From assembly GCA_029564175.1 (NCBI GenBank), contig JAKQQL010000435.1, forward strand, positions 1 to 17,406: a stretch of DNA of 17,406 nucleotides, written 5' to 3'. Source of the stretch: Candidatus Cloacimonadota bacterium. Lineage in GTDB: Bacteria; Cloacimonadota; Cloacimonadia; Cloacimonadales; WRIO01. Positions 6,641 through 16,052 of the stretch are shown piece by piece. How positions within the stretch are numbered: the first letter of the stretch is position 1; each line of letters begins with the position of its first letter. The notes beneath the pieces are model-generated. The model was not told the origin of the DNA. It was given only the letters and a program-made list of their open reading frames with translations, and ran no database searches. The position numbers and the translations under genes are program-made.

Positions 6641-9493
6641 CTATCCTGATATTCCGTTAATAAATGTTTCGATAAAATTAAGTATCCTTTTCAAGATTCT
6701 TTCACCTGTTGGTTTACGCTGGAGTAATGTCGGTTTGTCACCTACCAGTAGTTCCAATATTTCATCACGTAAAGGTTCTTGTTCCGAGTACAGGTAACTT
6801 TCAATCAACGCTTGCGTACGCTCTTTCGATAACTTTTCTTCATCAACAAGGTTTAGAAATGCTTTTTCTTGTTCCACCGTCCAGAACTTCTCAAATTCCT
6901 GCGGGATATCATCGGTATCAAGAATAACGGGCATGTTTTCCCTGATGAACTTCTCAATCAATTCCTTTTTGCTTCTTAACTGCATCTCGGTGTTCAGCAG
7001 GTTGAATATTTCTTTCTCTATCTGCTCAGCATCTTTCTTTTGGTTTGCTTTTAATTTTATAAGTAACCGAATTATGTAAGCAACATTGATCTCATCCCGG
7101 TGGATCAGTTCAAGTTCAAAATCAACATCTTCAAGAATGCTTGCTTTTTCAGTTGCATGTTCACTCTTGACTTTGTCATGAAGATCAAGATATTTGCTCT
7201 TGTAATCCTCAAATTGTTGTTCTGTCATCGACAGATCACTCCACTTGAAATCAGAGAAGGATGTCAACACATTTTTGGTTCGCATCAAATCCCTGAACGC
7301 AACGATAAATTTAAGTTCATCGTCTTCGGTGACCAGACTGTTTACGCTATCGACAGTGGGTGCAATTTTTAAAAGGTTGATAAATCCATCATTGAATACC
7401 TTAACATATTCATCATAGGGTTTTATAATTATTTCTTCAATTGCATCCTTGTTACTGAACAGGGTTATGGCTTCATCGGTGGCATTCTTCAGGTTTCGAA
7501 AGACCACTATGTTGCCTTGTGACTTGAGTTCATTCAGAATGCGATTGGTTCTTGAATATGCCTGTATTAGACCATGATACCGAAGGTTCTTATCGACAAA
7601 TAAGGTATTCAATGTGGGACTATCAAACCCCGTCAGATACATATTCACAACAAGCAAGATATCGATCTTTCTTTCTTTTACTTTTTTACTTATGTCGTTG
7701 TAGTAGTTGTAAAAACTTTGGCTATCCTGTGTGGAATAGGCAGACCCAAACATTTGATTATAGTGCCCGATAAATTCATCAAGTTTCTCACGTGTATGCG
7801 GATTTGCCCATGATGATATTTCCGGTTCTGCTGCCACAGAAATTTCTTCCGGGATAAATCCGTTGGCATCAACGTCATCTTCATTTGCAATGTAACTGAA
7901 TATCGTAGCGATTTTCAGATCGTGTTCTCCAAGCATTTTCTTGCGGTACAGCAATTCGTAATACCTAATGAGTGCTGGGATACTACTGACGCAGAACATG
8001 GCTGTAAATTCCCTGCTATGCGTTTTACGGTTATGATTTGCAATGATGTAATCCACAATCTTTTCTAACCGTTTTGGCGACTCCATTAACTCTTCAACAT
8101 CAATGTCCTCGACCTGAATATCAATTTCATTGGCACTCTCCCTGTTCCGGTATCTGCCAACATATTCCACAGAAAACTTCAGCACGTTCTCGTCTCTGAT
8201 AGCATCAGTTATCACGTACTTGTGCAAACACTCCCCAAATAATTCCTTTGTGGTTTTCTTACCCAACTCACTTTTCACTGCGTTTTCCGCAAATATTGGT
8301 GTCCCGGTGAACCCAAACATTTGAATATTCCGGAAAAAAGAAATGATACGCTGATGGGTTTCACCAAACTGGCTGCGGTGGCACTCATCAAAGATGAAAA
8401 CAATCCTTTCATCCTGTAACGGTATCATGCGATCCAGAAAATGTTTTTTACTAATGGCTGCATTCAGTTTCTGGATAGTGGTTACAATCAGTTTTGTATC
8501 ATCATTAAATTGCCTGACCAGTTGTCTGGTGTTGTCAGTTCCGTCAACACTACCTTTACTGAATGAGTTAAATTCTTTTGTGGTCTGGTAATCCAAGTCT
8601 TTTCTGTCAACCACAAACACAACCTTTTTAATCTTCGGCAACCGTGTAAGTATCTGGCTTGCTTTAAATGATGTCAGTGTTTTACCAGAACCAGTAGTGT
8701 GCCAGATATAACCGTTTTTTCGACTGTGCATTACCCTGTCAACAAGTGCCTCAACCGCATAATACTGGTATGGACGGAGAACCATCAGTATCTTGGAAGT
8801 TTCGTTTAACACGATATACTTGCATATCATCTTAGATAGGTGGCACTTCTCCAAGAAATCGGATGCGAAGCCGTTTAAGATGTTGGTGAGCCGTTTATTT
8901 TCAATATCTGTCCAAAAGAATGTTTGCTTGAATGACTGGAAGCGGTTGTTAGCGTAGTATTTCGTATTAACACCGTTACTGATTACGAATATCTGGATGT
9001 ACTGGAACAAGCCGTAACTGCTGCTGAAAGAATGACGCTGATACCTGTTTATTTGGTTAAATGCTTCTTTTAATTCCAGTCCCCTGCGTTTAAGTTCAAT
9101 ATGAACCAAAGGTAGACCATTGATAAGCAATGTAACGTCATAACGGTTCTTGTATCTACCTTCCATCGAAACCTGATGGGTTACCTGATATTGGTTTTGA
9201 CACCACTGATTTATATTGATAAACTCAAAGTATAGGTTGTCCCCGTTATCCCGGATAATATGTTGCTTTTCCCGGAGTGTTTTGGCTTTTTCGAATACTG
9301 AACCCTTGCTAAGGATGTTTAATACCTTTTCAAATTCTTTGCCGGAGAATACAATGTTGTTGTGCTTCTCCAACTGCTTCTTCAGGTTCGTAATTAGTTC
9401 CGGTTCTTTCTGGATGTGCACCAGTGCATAACCCAACGTCTGAAGTTTCGCAACAAGTTGTTCTTCCAGTATTAGTTCAGGTTGTTTTGGCAT
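6641..9493 (-). CDS. hsdR: Type I restriction enzyme R subunit (EcoR124I/type IC-like)
   Basis: YDVTLLINGLPLVHIELK nuclease motif, QINRY, HTTGSGKT Walker A, DECH, FTGTP, LTGFD, QAYSRTNR. Start re-assigned to ATG at 9493 (MPKQPE), directly after the upstream stop. Confidence 0.96.
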   Translation of the reverse strand: MPKQPELILEEQLVAKLQTLGYALVHIQKEPELITNLKKQLEKHNNIVFSGKEFEKVLNILSKGSVFEKAKTLREKQHIIRDNGDNLYFEFININQWCQNQYQVTHQVSMEGRYKNRYDVTLLINGLPLVHIELKRRGLELKEAFNQINRYQRHSFSSSYGLFQYIQIFVISNGVNTKYYANNRFQSFKQTFFWTDIENKRLTNILNGFASDFLEKCHLSKMICKYIVLNETSKILMVLRPYQYYAVEALVDRVMHSRKNGYIWHTTGSGKTLTSFKASQILTRLPKIKKVVFVVDRKDLDYQTTKEFNSFSKGSVDGTDNTRQLVRQFNDDTKLIVTTIQKLNAAISKKHFLDRMIPLQDERIVFIFDECHRSQFGETHQRIISFFRNIQMFGFTGTPIFAENAVKSELGKKTTKELFGECLHKYVITDAIRDENVLKFSVEYVGRYRNRESANEIDIQVEDIDVEELMESPKRLEKIVDYIIANHNRKTHSREFTAMFCVSSIPALIRYYELLYRKKMLGEHDLKIATIFSYIANEDDVDANGFIPEEISVAAEPEISSWANPHTREKLDEFIGHYNQMFGSAYSTQDSQSFYNYYNDISKKVKERKIDILLVVNMYLTGFDSPTLNTLFVDKNLRYHGLIQAYSRTNRILNELKSQGNIVVFRNLKNATDEAITLFSNKDAIEEIIIKPYDEYVKVFNDGFINLLKIAPTVDSVNSLVTEDDELKFIVAFRDLMRTKNVLTSFSDFKWSDLSMTEQQFEDYKSKYLDLHDKVKSEHATEKASILEDVDFELELIHRDEINVAYIIRLLIKLKANQKKDAEQIEKEIFNLLNTEMQLRSKKELIEKFIRENMPVILDTDDIPQEFEKFWTVEQEKAFLNLVDEEKLSKERTQALIESYLYSEQEPLRDEILELLVGDKPTLLQRKPTGERILKRILNFIETFINGISG

Positions 9494-9495
9494 CG

Positions 9496-10617
9496 TTAAG
9501 AAATTTCTTTTTGAACTTTTTCCCAAACAGGATAAACAGAATTATAGAACTTAACCATCGCTTCACTGTACCAATCAATAAGGTCACCCCAATACTTTTC
9601 ATCATTGAAACGACCTTCTAACTTGTTTTTAATCTCTGCTGGCATTTCGTACTTGATTCGTGATGCTTTTTTGTTTTCCAATCTTTCCCATACTATTTCA
9701 CCATCAAACGTTTCTTCAATCTCTTTTTTGTGCCGAGCCATTGTGTCAATGATAGTTTTATCCGGGTCATTAGAAAAATAAAGTTCTACCCTGAAGTTTG
9801 TCCTTCCCATGCTAAAAGCAAATTTCCCTTGTGCCTTAGAAAATACCATATAAAAAGACGGCTTGGGACTAATTCTTTCCAGAAAATCAATTTTATTCTC
9901 GGCAAGGTTTTGCTTCAGGAGTCCCCAAAATTTTAATAAATGTGTTTCCGTTTCTTCGACAACTTTACTTTTTTCTTTCTCTTCCTTTTCTTTCTCCTTG
10001 ATTTCAATCATAAATTCCTTGGTCTCAGGTAGTGGAATTATTTGTTCCATTTGCAGGAATAAATCTTCACCCATACTATATGGGATGGCACGGAAGCATT
10101 GGATTTGTATATCATGGTCAAGCAACCATAAAACTGTTGATGTTACCTCTTTGCGAAAATTATTTGAGATCAAAACGATACGTTGATCATTACGGTTAAG
10201 AAGGATGTCTTCCTCATCTCTCTCCAAAAACTCCAAAAGACTTTCTTTTGCATCCTCACCATTACCCCATCTGTCAAGATAATCCTGATACATCTTGATT
10301 ATCTGGTCGGTGGTAAGTGTGGAACAGTATGAGGTATATTTAAGTGCTTGCCATACTACATTCCGACCTGTATCATCAAGTTTGTTTTCAATTATTACTA
10401 AACCACCATCTTTATCAACAGCAAGTAAGTCGAGACGCTCACTGGTATCGTTGAATCCGCTAAACTCTTTTTGTATAATCAGGAGTTCTTCGCCCAGCAT
10501 ATCTGGATTCTTTGCGATCCACTCCTGAAGATGGTCTCTTTCCTTTATGTGAAGTTCTTTGAACAGCCTCTGCTCAAGTTTTACAACATTGTTGCTGGCT
10601 TTGTTTATACGGTACAT
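9496..10617 (-). CDS. NucS/EndoMS-like PD-(D/E)xK nuclease domain fused to a DUF4268-like domain
   Basis: ERDHLQEWIAKNP, RLDLLAVDKDGGLVIIENK, QALKY in the N-terminal half; FW...VELYF...IVWERLENKKASRI in the C-terminal half. Confidence 0.8.
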   Translation of the reverse strand: MYRINKASNNVVKLEQRLFKELHIKERDHLQEWIAKNPDMLGEELLIIQKEFSGFNDTSERLDLLAVDKDGGLVIIENKLDDTGRNVVWQALKYTSYCSTLTTDQIIKMYQDYLDRWGNGEDAKESLLEFLERDEEDILLNRNDQRIVLISNNFRKEVTSTVLWLLDHDIQIQCFRAIPYSMGEDLFLQMEQIIPLPETKEFMIEIKEKEKEEKEKSKVVEETETHLLKFWGLLKQNLAENKIDFLERISPKPSFYMVFSKAQGKFAFSMGRTNFRVELYFSNDPDKTIIDTMARHKKEIEETFDGEIVWERLENKKASRIKYEMPAEIKNKLEGRFNDEKYWGDLIDWYSEAMVKFYNSVYPVWEKVQKEIS

Positions 10618-10629
10618 GTCGGTATGTTT

Positions 10630-11847
10630 TTAAACGAACATTTGTTCCATCAATCCTTTCTTCCAGACCTTTGCTTTTTCAATCTGTGTCTCGGTATGGT
10701 TAATTTTATCATCGATGGCAGTCAGAAAATTAGCAATTTTGGTTTGTTCTTTAACCATTGGAATGTCGCAGGTTAGTTTTAAAAAATCCTTTTTATTTAA
10801 AACTCTGTTACGACCTGCGCCCCCGGGTGATATTAAATCAAGTAACTCCCTAAAATTCTTTTGAATAAACACGTATTGAAAATAAATTCCCAACACTTTA
10901 TCTTCATTGAAAATATATGTAGGAAATCTATGGGATACCAAACCACCTTCATCTTCTTCTTTTGCTAAGGCAATTGCACCTTCCCATGCAAAAGTTATGT
11001 TTACTACTAAATCATATTTTTTAATTACAAATAGTTTGTCCATTTCAATTTTATCTGGGTCAGAATTAATTCTTTGAAATGTACCTTTACAATGGCTACG
11101 TACACCGATTGCCAAATAAGGCGAGTTTGGTTTTGGAACTTCTCTTATTTTCTGTATCAAAAAACTCCCCAGTTTAATTTTCTCCCACTTTGGATACTCC
11201 TGCCCATTATCGTCTTTAAACCTTATTTGCTGCAAGAATATTTTCTGCATCACACCTTTTTTGTATTGTTCCAGCAAGATTTTCTTCTGTTTGAGTTGGG
11301 TTATCTTCTCATCAATGGCGGTGAAAAATGATGCGATTTTTTGTTGTTCGGGAAGAGTAGGTAATTTAAACTTATAAGATTTATATTCTTCAGCGTTAAT
11401 CCCCGGTTGTCCCGAACGCATGGACATAACCGTCACCCATTTATTGTATGTATTATGCAATGTTTGGGTATAAACAAAATACGGATTCGCATTTTTTATT
11501 GAAAACTTGATTAAAAATCCAGCAAAATATAAATCACCATCTTCTTCTTTATATAAGTATGATTTTCCAACACTTGCTCCAGTTCGTGCAAAAACAATAT
11601 CACCTTTTTTTAGTTTGAATTGACAATCTATGTTTCCAGCAGGTGATGTTAGTGGGTTTGGTATGAATTCTCTTGTGTCTTCATCAATATCAGTTATTCT
11701 CAAATATTTATGTTTACCATCATATGTTGTTGCAGAGGCATTAATCCCATACATGGCATCACAACAAATATTTTCAAGTGTATCCAATAGCCATTCACCT
11801 TCAAACTCAGGAAAACGCAATTGCGGTATGTTCTTTTGCTTTTCCAT
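10630..11847 (-). CDS. hsdS: Type I restriction enzyme specificity subunit
   Basis: PQLRFPEFEGEW start; two TRDs, each followed by a conserved helix (PTLPEQQKIASFFTAIDEKI...KKGVMQKIF and PMVKEQTKIANFLTAIDDKI...KKGLMEQMF). Confidence 0.96.
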   Translation of the reverse strand: MEKQKNIPQLRFPEFEGEWLLDTLENICCDAMYGINASATTYDGKHKYLRITDIDEDTREFIPNPLTSPAGNIDCQFKLKKGDIVFARTGASVGKSYLYKEEDGDLYFAGFLIKFSIKNANPYFVYTQTLHNTYNKWVTVMSMRSGQPGINAEEYKSYKFKLPTLPEQQKIASFFTAIDEKITQLKQKKILLEQYKKGVMQKIFLQQIRFKDDNGQEYPKWEKIKLGSFLIQKIREVPKPNSPYLAIGVRSHCKGTFQRINSDPDKIEMDKLFVIKKYDLVVNITFAWEGAIALAKEEDEGGLVSHRFPTYIFNEDKVLGIYFQYVFIQKNFRELLDLISPGGAGRNRVLNKKDFLKLTCDIPMVKEQTKIANFLTAIDDKINHTETQIEKAKVWKKGLMEQMFV

Positions 11848-11850
11848 TTT

Positions 11851-13419
11851 CTAAAACGGTGTTGGGATGTTTAATTCATTGCAGAAACCAGCAATGGTTT
11901 CGTCAGTGGTTTTCATTTCGGCTTCAAGTGCTTTCAGTTCGCTGGCAACGGCTACAATATCCACGGATGCTTCTTCTTCGAATGTATCAACATAACGGGG
12001 GATATTCAGGTTATAATCATTCTCCAGAACCTTGTCCAGACTGGCAACATAACTGTATTTGTCAATAGTGATTCGTTTTGAGTATGTATCAACAATCCGG
12101 TCAACATCCTCATCACGCAAATAATTCTGTGTTTTTACTTTTTCAAAATACTGGCTGGCATCAATAAACAATATATCATCAGGATGCTCACGGCACTTCT
12201 TAAACACCAGAATGCAGGTTGGTATGGATGTTCCGTAAAAAATGTTTGCAGGAAGACCAATGACAGCATCAAGATAGTTCTTTTCTTCTATCAGATATTT
12301 ACGAATATGACCCTCAGCAGCACCCCGGAAAAGAACCCCATGAGGCATCACAACAGCCATCGTACCATTTTCCGCCAGATGGTATATCATATGCTGGATA
12401 AACGCAAAGTCTGCTTTTGATCCGGGAGCAAGTTTCCCGTATTCGCTAAACCTGTCATCGGACATGAACAATGGACTGGCACTCCATTGTGCCGAAAATG
12501 GCGGATTTGCCACAACTGCCTCAGCATCAAGTTTTTCATGTTGGGGATGCTCAAGGGTGTCTTCAAGTTTAATATTGAACTTTGTGTGATGAACGCCATG
12601 TAGTATCATGTTCATCCGGCAAAGGTTGTAAGTAGTTCTGTTCCGTTCCTGCCCGTAAAACTTCAATACATCACATACTTTGCCTAACCTAAGAATCAAT
12701 GATCCTGAACCGCATGTTGGATCGTATGCTGATTTAATTCGTGTCTTACCTAATGTAACAATCCGTGCCAGTATTTTTGATGCCTGTTGCGGAGTGTAAA
12801 ACTCCCCTGCTTTTTTGCCCGCACCACTGGCAAACTGCCCGATCAGGTATTCGTAAGCATCGCCAAGAACATCCATTTCCGATTGTTCCAGTTGAAAATC
12901 AATCTTGTCAAGGTGTGACAGCACTTTTGCTATCACTTCATTTCTTTGTTCAGCAGTCTTACCAAGTTTTGTGCTGTTTAAATCCATGTCTTCGAACAGA
13001 TGGTCGAAATCCTCTTCACTTGTTGTACCCATGGTACTGTTCTGAATGCTAATGAGGATTTTCTGGATGTCTTCGATAATGAAGTTGCTGAGGTTTTTGC
13101 CGTTCCCATTACCACGTTTAGCAACTTGCTTGAACAGTTCTGATGGTTTCAGGAAATAACCAAGTTTTTCCAGTGATTCTTCTTTAATGGCTTCGAGATA
13201 TTCTTTTCCTTTTGCAGTACCTTCGGGTATATCCAGATATTTTATTTTGTCTTCCTTTAGGATACCATTGGCATACAGTTCCATCTTTTCAGACAGATAT
13301 TTATAAAAAATGAAGCCGAGAATATAATCCCGGAATTCATCTGCATCCATCTTGCCACGCAGGGTGTTTGCAATATTCCACAATTGTTGTTGCAATAGTC
13401 GTTTTTGGTCTTCGCTCAT
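11851..13419 (-). CDS. hsdM: Type I restriction-modification methyltransferase (N6-adenine)
   Basis: LWNIANTLRG, GDAYEYLIGQFA, GEFYTP, DPTCGSG (SAM-binding), NPPF (catalytic), PHGVLFRG, YNLNIPRY. Confidence 0.97.
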   Translation of the reverse strand: MSEDQKRLLQQQLWNIANTLRGKMDADEFRDYILGFIFYKYLSEKMELYANGILKEDKIKYLDIPEGTAKGKEYLEAIKEESLEKLGYFLKPSELFKQVAKRGNGNGKNLSNFIIEDIQKILISIQNSTMGTTSEEDFDHLFEDMDLNSTKLGKTAEQRNEVIAKVLSHLDKIDFQLEQSEMDVLGDAYEYLIGQFASGAGKKAGEFYTPQQASKILARIVTLGKTRIKSAYDPTCGSGSLILRLGKVCDVLKFYGQERNRTTYNLCRMNMILHGVHHTKFNIKLEDTLEHPQHEKLDAEAVVANPPFSAQWSASPLFMSDDRFSEYGKLAPGSKADFAFIQHMIYHLAENGTMAVVMPHGVLFRGAAEGHIRKYLIEEKNYLDAVIGLPANIFYGTSIPTCILVFKKCREHPDDILFIDASQYFEKVKTQNYLRDEDVDRIVDTYSKRITIDKYSYVASLDKVLENDYNLNIPRYVDTFEEEASVDIVAVASELKALEAEMKTTDETIAGFCNELNIPTPF

Positions 13420-13567
13420 TTTGGTGTTAAATGTTGATATATATTAGCCTGATTCCCATTCAGGTATTCCTTTAAACCCAATAAATTAGAACAGAATTCA
13501 AGTGGGAAATCAAAATAATCGTCTAAGATATTTATAAAGTTTGTTTATTCCAATGCAAGAATTTCAA

Positions 13568-14554
13568 TCAATCGATACTACTCTTTAATGCCTCTTGTAT
13601 TTGCTTAATTACCTTAATATTTTTATTCGGTAGGGGAAAGGAATTCAACAGTTTGTTTAATTCTGAACGATACTTGCTCTTATCAGTTAACGGTGAAAGT
13701 GTATTGTTCAGAACAAGGTCTACTTTTTCCATGTCATATTCACATGCTGCAAGCAGCAAGGCATTTTTAACTGTTTTCAACTTCGGATGTGACAGGGGTG
13801 AAGGCATTTCCAGATTTTGTGGTTCTGGTTCTTCAGGAAAAACAAAAACTTCATCAAAAAGTGTGAGCAATGGATTTGCATCGGAGTTAAGCACATCCAA
13901 CAATTCGGTGGTCTTTGTATGAAACAATTGCCGTATCTGCTCCTTGGTATTGATATTGGCTTCCACTCTGAATTTGTCATCGAAATATGACAGCATAGCA
14001 TCCGGATCACTCAACATGGCTAAATAATCAGCATTGGTTTTTTTTCGTAATTCTTTTCCTTTATCATATATTATCATTCGTAATTGTCGGTTTCTTGTTT
14101 TGACCATTTTGTTGACGGTATATCCACTATTTCCGTATTTCTGTACTCTGAATTTATTATGGTTAACCAAACATGACTTCATTGCCAGTCGGTCAGGTTG
14201 AACAATACCGCTAATATCACTGGTGACATCACATGTAAGTAATTCACTGTTATGAATGATACCATCAACATCCATTTCACAAAACCCTATTCTGTTTATG
14301 TTTTCAAAACACTGCTGGATATTGTTGATGTTAATAAGTTCTGGGTAACGGTCAAGTAATACTTTGGAAGAGAATTCGATAACACATCGGTTATCCTGCA
14401 AACTGTAATTCACGTAAATATTTAATGGTATCTTTTGTGAATACCTTATTGATGTACCAATATTACTTCTCAATATTTTGGTAATCACCTCTGAGTCCAT
14501 TCTTTTAATGTGCTTTTTATCGGTTAATATTTTAATTCTGTCTAAGGTTACCAT
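13568..14554 (-). CDS. Putative Rep_trans / phage gpII-like rolling-circle initiator or relaxase
   Basis: TLDRIKI near the N-terminus, CDVTSD (cf. RxDxAxD), IIYDKGKEL (cf. IYNK/YDKxxE with candidate catalytic Tyr) and FRVE, in Rep_trans order; located downstream of the xis-like gene. Start taken at ATG 14554 (MVTLDR). Confidence 0.6.
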   Translation of the reverse strand: MVTLDRIKILTDKKHIKRMDSEVITKILRSNIGTSIRYSQKIPLNIYVNYSLQDNRCVIEFSSKVLLDRYPELININNIQQCFENINRIGFCEMDVDGIIHNSELLTCDVTSDISGIVQPDRLAMKSCLVNHNKFRVQKYGNSGYTVNKMVKTRNRQLRMIIYDKGKELRKKTNADYLAMLSDPDAMLSYFDDKFRVEANINTKEQIRQLFHTKTTELLDVLNSDANPLLTLFDEVFVFPEEPEPQNLEMPSPLSHPKLKTVKNALLLAACEYDMEKVDLVLNNTLSPLTDKSKYRSELNKLLNSFPLPNKNIKVIKQIQEALKSSID

Positions 14555-14611
14555 ACACTTCATCTGAATATGTGCCACACCCAAAAAACTGCAAAACAGT
14601 TCTCTGAGAGG

Positions 14612-14968
14612 TTATCTATTTCGGGTCTCCATGTCAGCGTCTGCCTGAAGTTGTTTTAAAGTTTTGCATCTGTCCTGACGTATCCATTCAGTAATCTCAC
14701 TTCTGTCGAAGTAAACCCTTCCGCATTTTTTAAAGAATGGAATCTGGCGGGTACTGGTCATATTGTAGACAGCACCCTTCGAAATTTTCAGCATCTGACT
14801 GACATCACTTACCGTTAAAAAGTCCCCCTCTGGTGCGAGTTGCTTAGCCTCAACAGAAGTTGCTGCTTGGTTTAAGAGGTAGTTCTTTATATCGGCTACC
14901 TCATGCAAGAGATGCTTTACTGCTTCAGGCAAGTTATCAAATGTTATTACATCGTTTTTGTTCATCAT
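14612..14968 (-). CDS. Excisionase-like HTH_17 DNA-binding protein
   Basis: ITFDNLPEAV..L...V..IK N-terminus and FLTVSDVSQMLKISKGAVYNMTSTRQIPFFKKCGRVYFDRSEITEWI. Start taken at ATG 14968 or 14965. Confidence 0.88.
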   Translation of the reverse strand: MMNKNDVITFDNLPEAVKHLLHEVADIKNYLLNQAATSVEAKQLAPEGDFLTVSDVSQMLKISKGAVYNMTSTRQIPFFKKCGRVYFDRSEITEWIRQDRCKTLKQLQADADMETRNR

Positions 14969-15015
14969 AATCAAACATTTACGATGTAAAATTCCAGAAA
15001 AATGTAAGGTAGGAA

Positions 15016-15128
15016 CGACCGACACCACGACTTGTCGGTCAGTACAGACTCATAATACACTGAAATCAAGAGATGCTCTGGCAGTAAGGTTTGCCAGAGT
15101 GAAAGGAAAATATTAATGCTGTCGGTCG
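15016..15128. promoter_or_regulatory. Inverted-repeat cluster upstream of the xis-rep operon
   Basis: GACCGACA-N8-TGTCGGTC (15017-15040), CTCTGGCA-N8-TGCCAGAG (15076-15099), and a third half-site TGTCGGTCG (15120-15128) that is the perfect complement of 15016-15024. Confidence 0.7.
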
Positions 15129-15151
15129 AGGAAACGGGAAATTGCTAATTT

Positions 15152-16042
15152 CTAACTATATGCACTTATTGCATTGTCAATAACCATATCTATAAACTCA
15201 GTAACTTTAGGACTTGGGTTTTTGTCGTATCGTGGCTTCTTAGGATGAAGGAATTTGCCGTTAATGAATATGTGAAAATATCTTTCAGCGATGTAATAAT
15301 TAGAAGGTTTGGTTTTCTCAACCAAAAATTTCCCTGTCAATTGTTTTATCAAATATGTTAATGACCTTTGAGATTGAAGCCACCGAATGGGTTTTGGTTC
15401 TTTAGTGGTAAACACATTTTTAAAAGCCTCATTGGTGCAATCAACATATTTCATTGCTTTAAGGGTTTTATGCATGTCATACAGGATATTATGCCTTTGT
15501 GATGCAAACGCAGGAAGAATTGTAAAATAAAATTCTGGTTCAGGTTTAGGAACAGTAGACTCAAATTCAATCATATACTCCTTCATTTTATCTGCCAGTT
15601 TCCCCAGAAAGAAAATTTGCACACCTGCGGCTTTGAAAAAGAACTGGTATGCCTGTTTCTTCAGGTTATCTTTCGTGCCAGATACCTGTGCATCGTCAAA
15701 AAACCTTGACCATTCTTCACGGATATTTGATTCATAAAGGCTATCTATCGCATCGTTATATTGTGAAAGTAATCGCTTAACAACAGGGATAAAATGAGTT
15801 TTGACCGCATAAGCATTGATACATTCAGCCTTAAATGATTCGATGTACTCAATAAATCTTTTAAACAGGTGCTCATTAATATACCTGTGAAAACTTTTGT
15901 CAGTATCCGTTAATAAATGTCCCTTGTATGAGGATGCTTCTACTGGGTTGGTGCACACCTTTGGATTTTCATCCAGTTTGCACAACATATCGGTTAACTG
16001 GACTTCGAGGCTATCATCATATATCGGTGTTGTCTTTTTCAT
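15152..16042 (-). CDS. Hypothetical protein, possibly an RteC-like transcriptional activator
   Basis: Lies between int and xis. The C-terminal IRWLQSQRSLTYLIKQL resembles the W-x6-L-x2-L-I-x2-L motif of RteC-like winged-helix proteins. Start taken at ATG 16042 (MKKT), 10 nt after the int stop. Confidence 0.55.
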   Translation of the reverse strand: MKKTTPIYDDSLEVQLTDMLCKLDENPKVCTNPVEASSYKGHLLTDTDKSFHRYINEHLFKRFIEYIESFKAECINAYAVKTHFIPVVKRLLSQYNDAIDSLYESNIREEWSRFFDDAQVSGTKDNLKKQAYQFFFKAAGVQIFFLGKLADKMKEYMIEFESTVPKPEPEFYFTILPAFASQRHNILYDMHKTLKAMKYVDCTNEAFKNVFTTKEPKPIRWLQSQRSLTYLIKQLTGKFLVEKTKPSNYYIAERYFHIFINGKFLHPKKPRYDKNPSPKVTEFIDMVIDNAISAYS

Positions 16043-16052
16043 AGCATCACGT

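Noticed and set aside
4618..11847. Serine recombinase as an hsdS-shuffling (phase-variable type I RM) invertase
   Set aside because: Only one hsdS is present. I saw no silent or partial hsdS copy or long inverted repeats around the TRDs, and the recombinase is over 5 kb away.
13448..13464. Hairpin CCTGA-N7-TCAGG upstream of hsdM
   Set aside because: Only a 5-bp stem without a U-tract; expected by chance.
6709..14010. Numerous 60-110 aa ORFs antisense or out of frame within hsdR, the nuclease, hsdS, hsdM and rep (and similar ones within the lipoprotein and recombinase genes)
   Set aside because: Shadow ORFs overlapping well-supported genes, with no motifs of their own.
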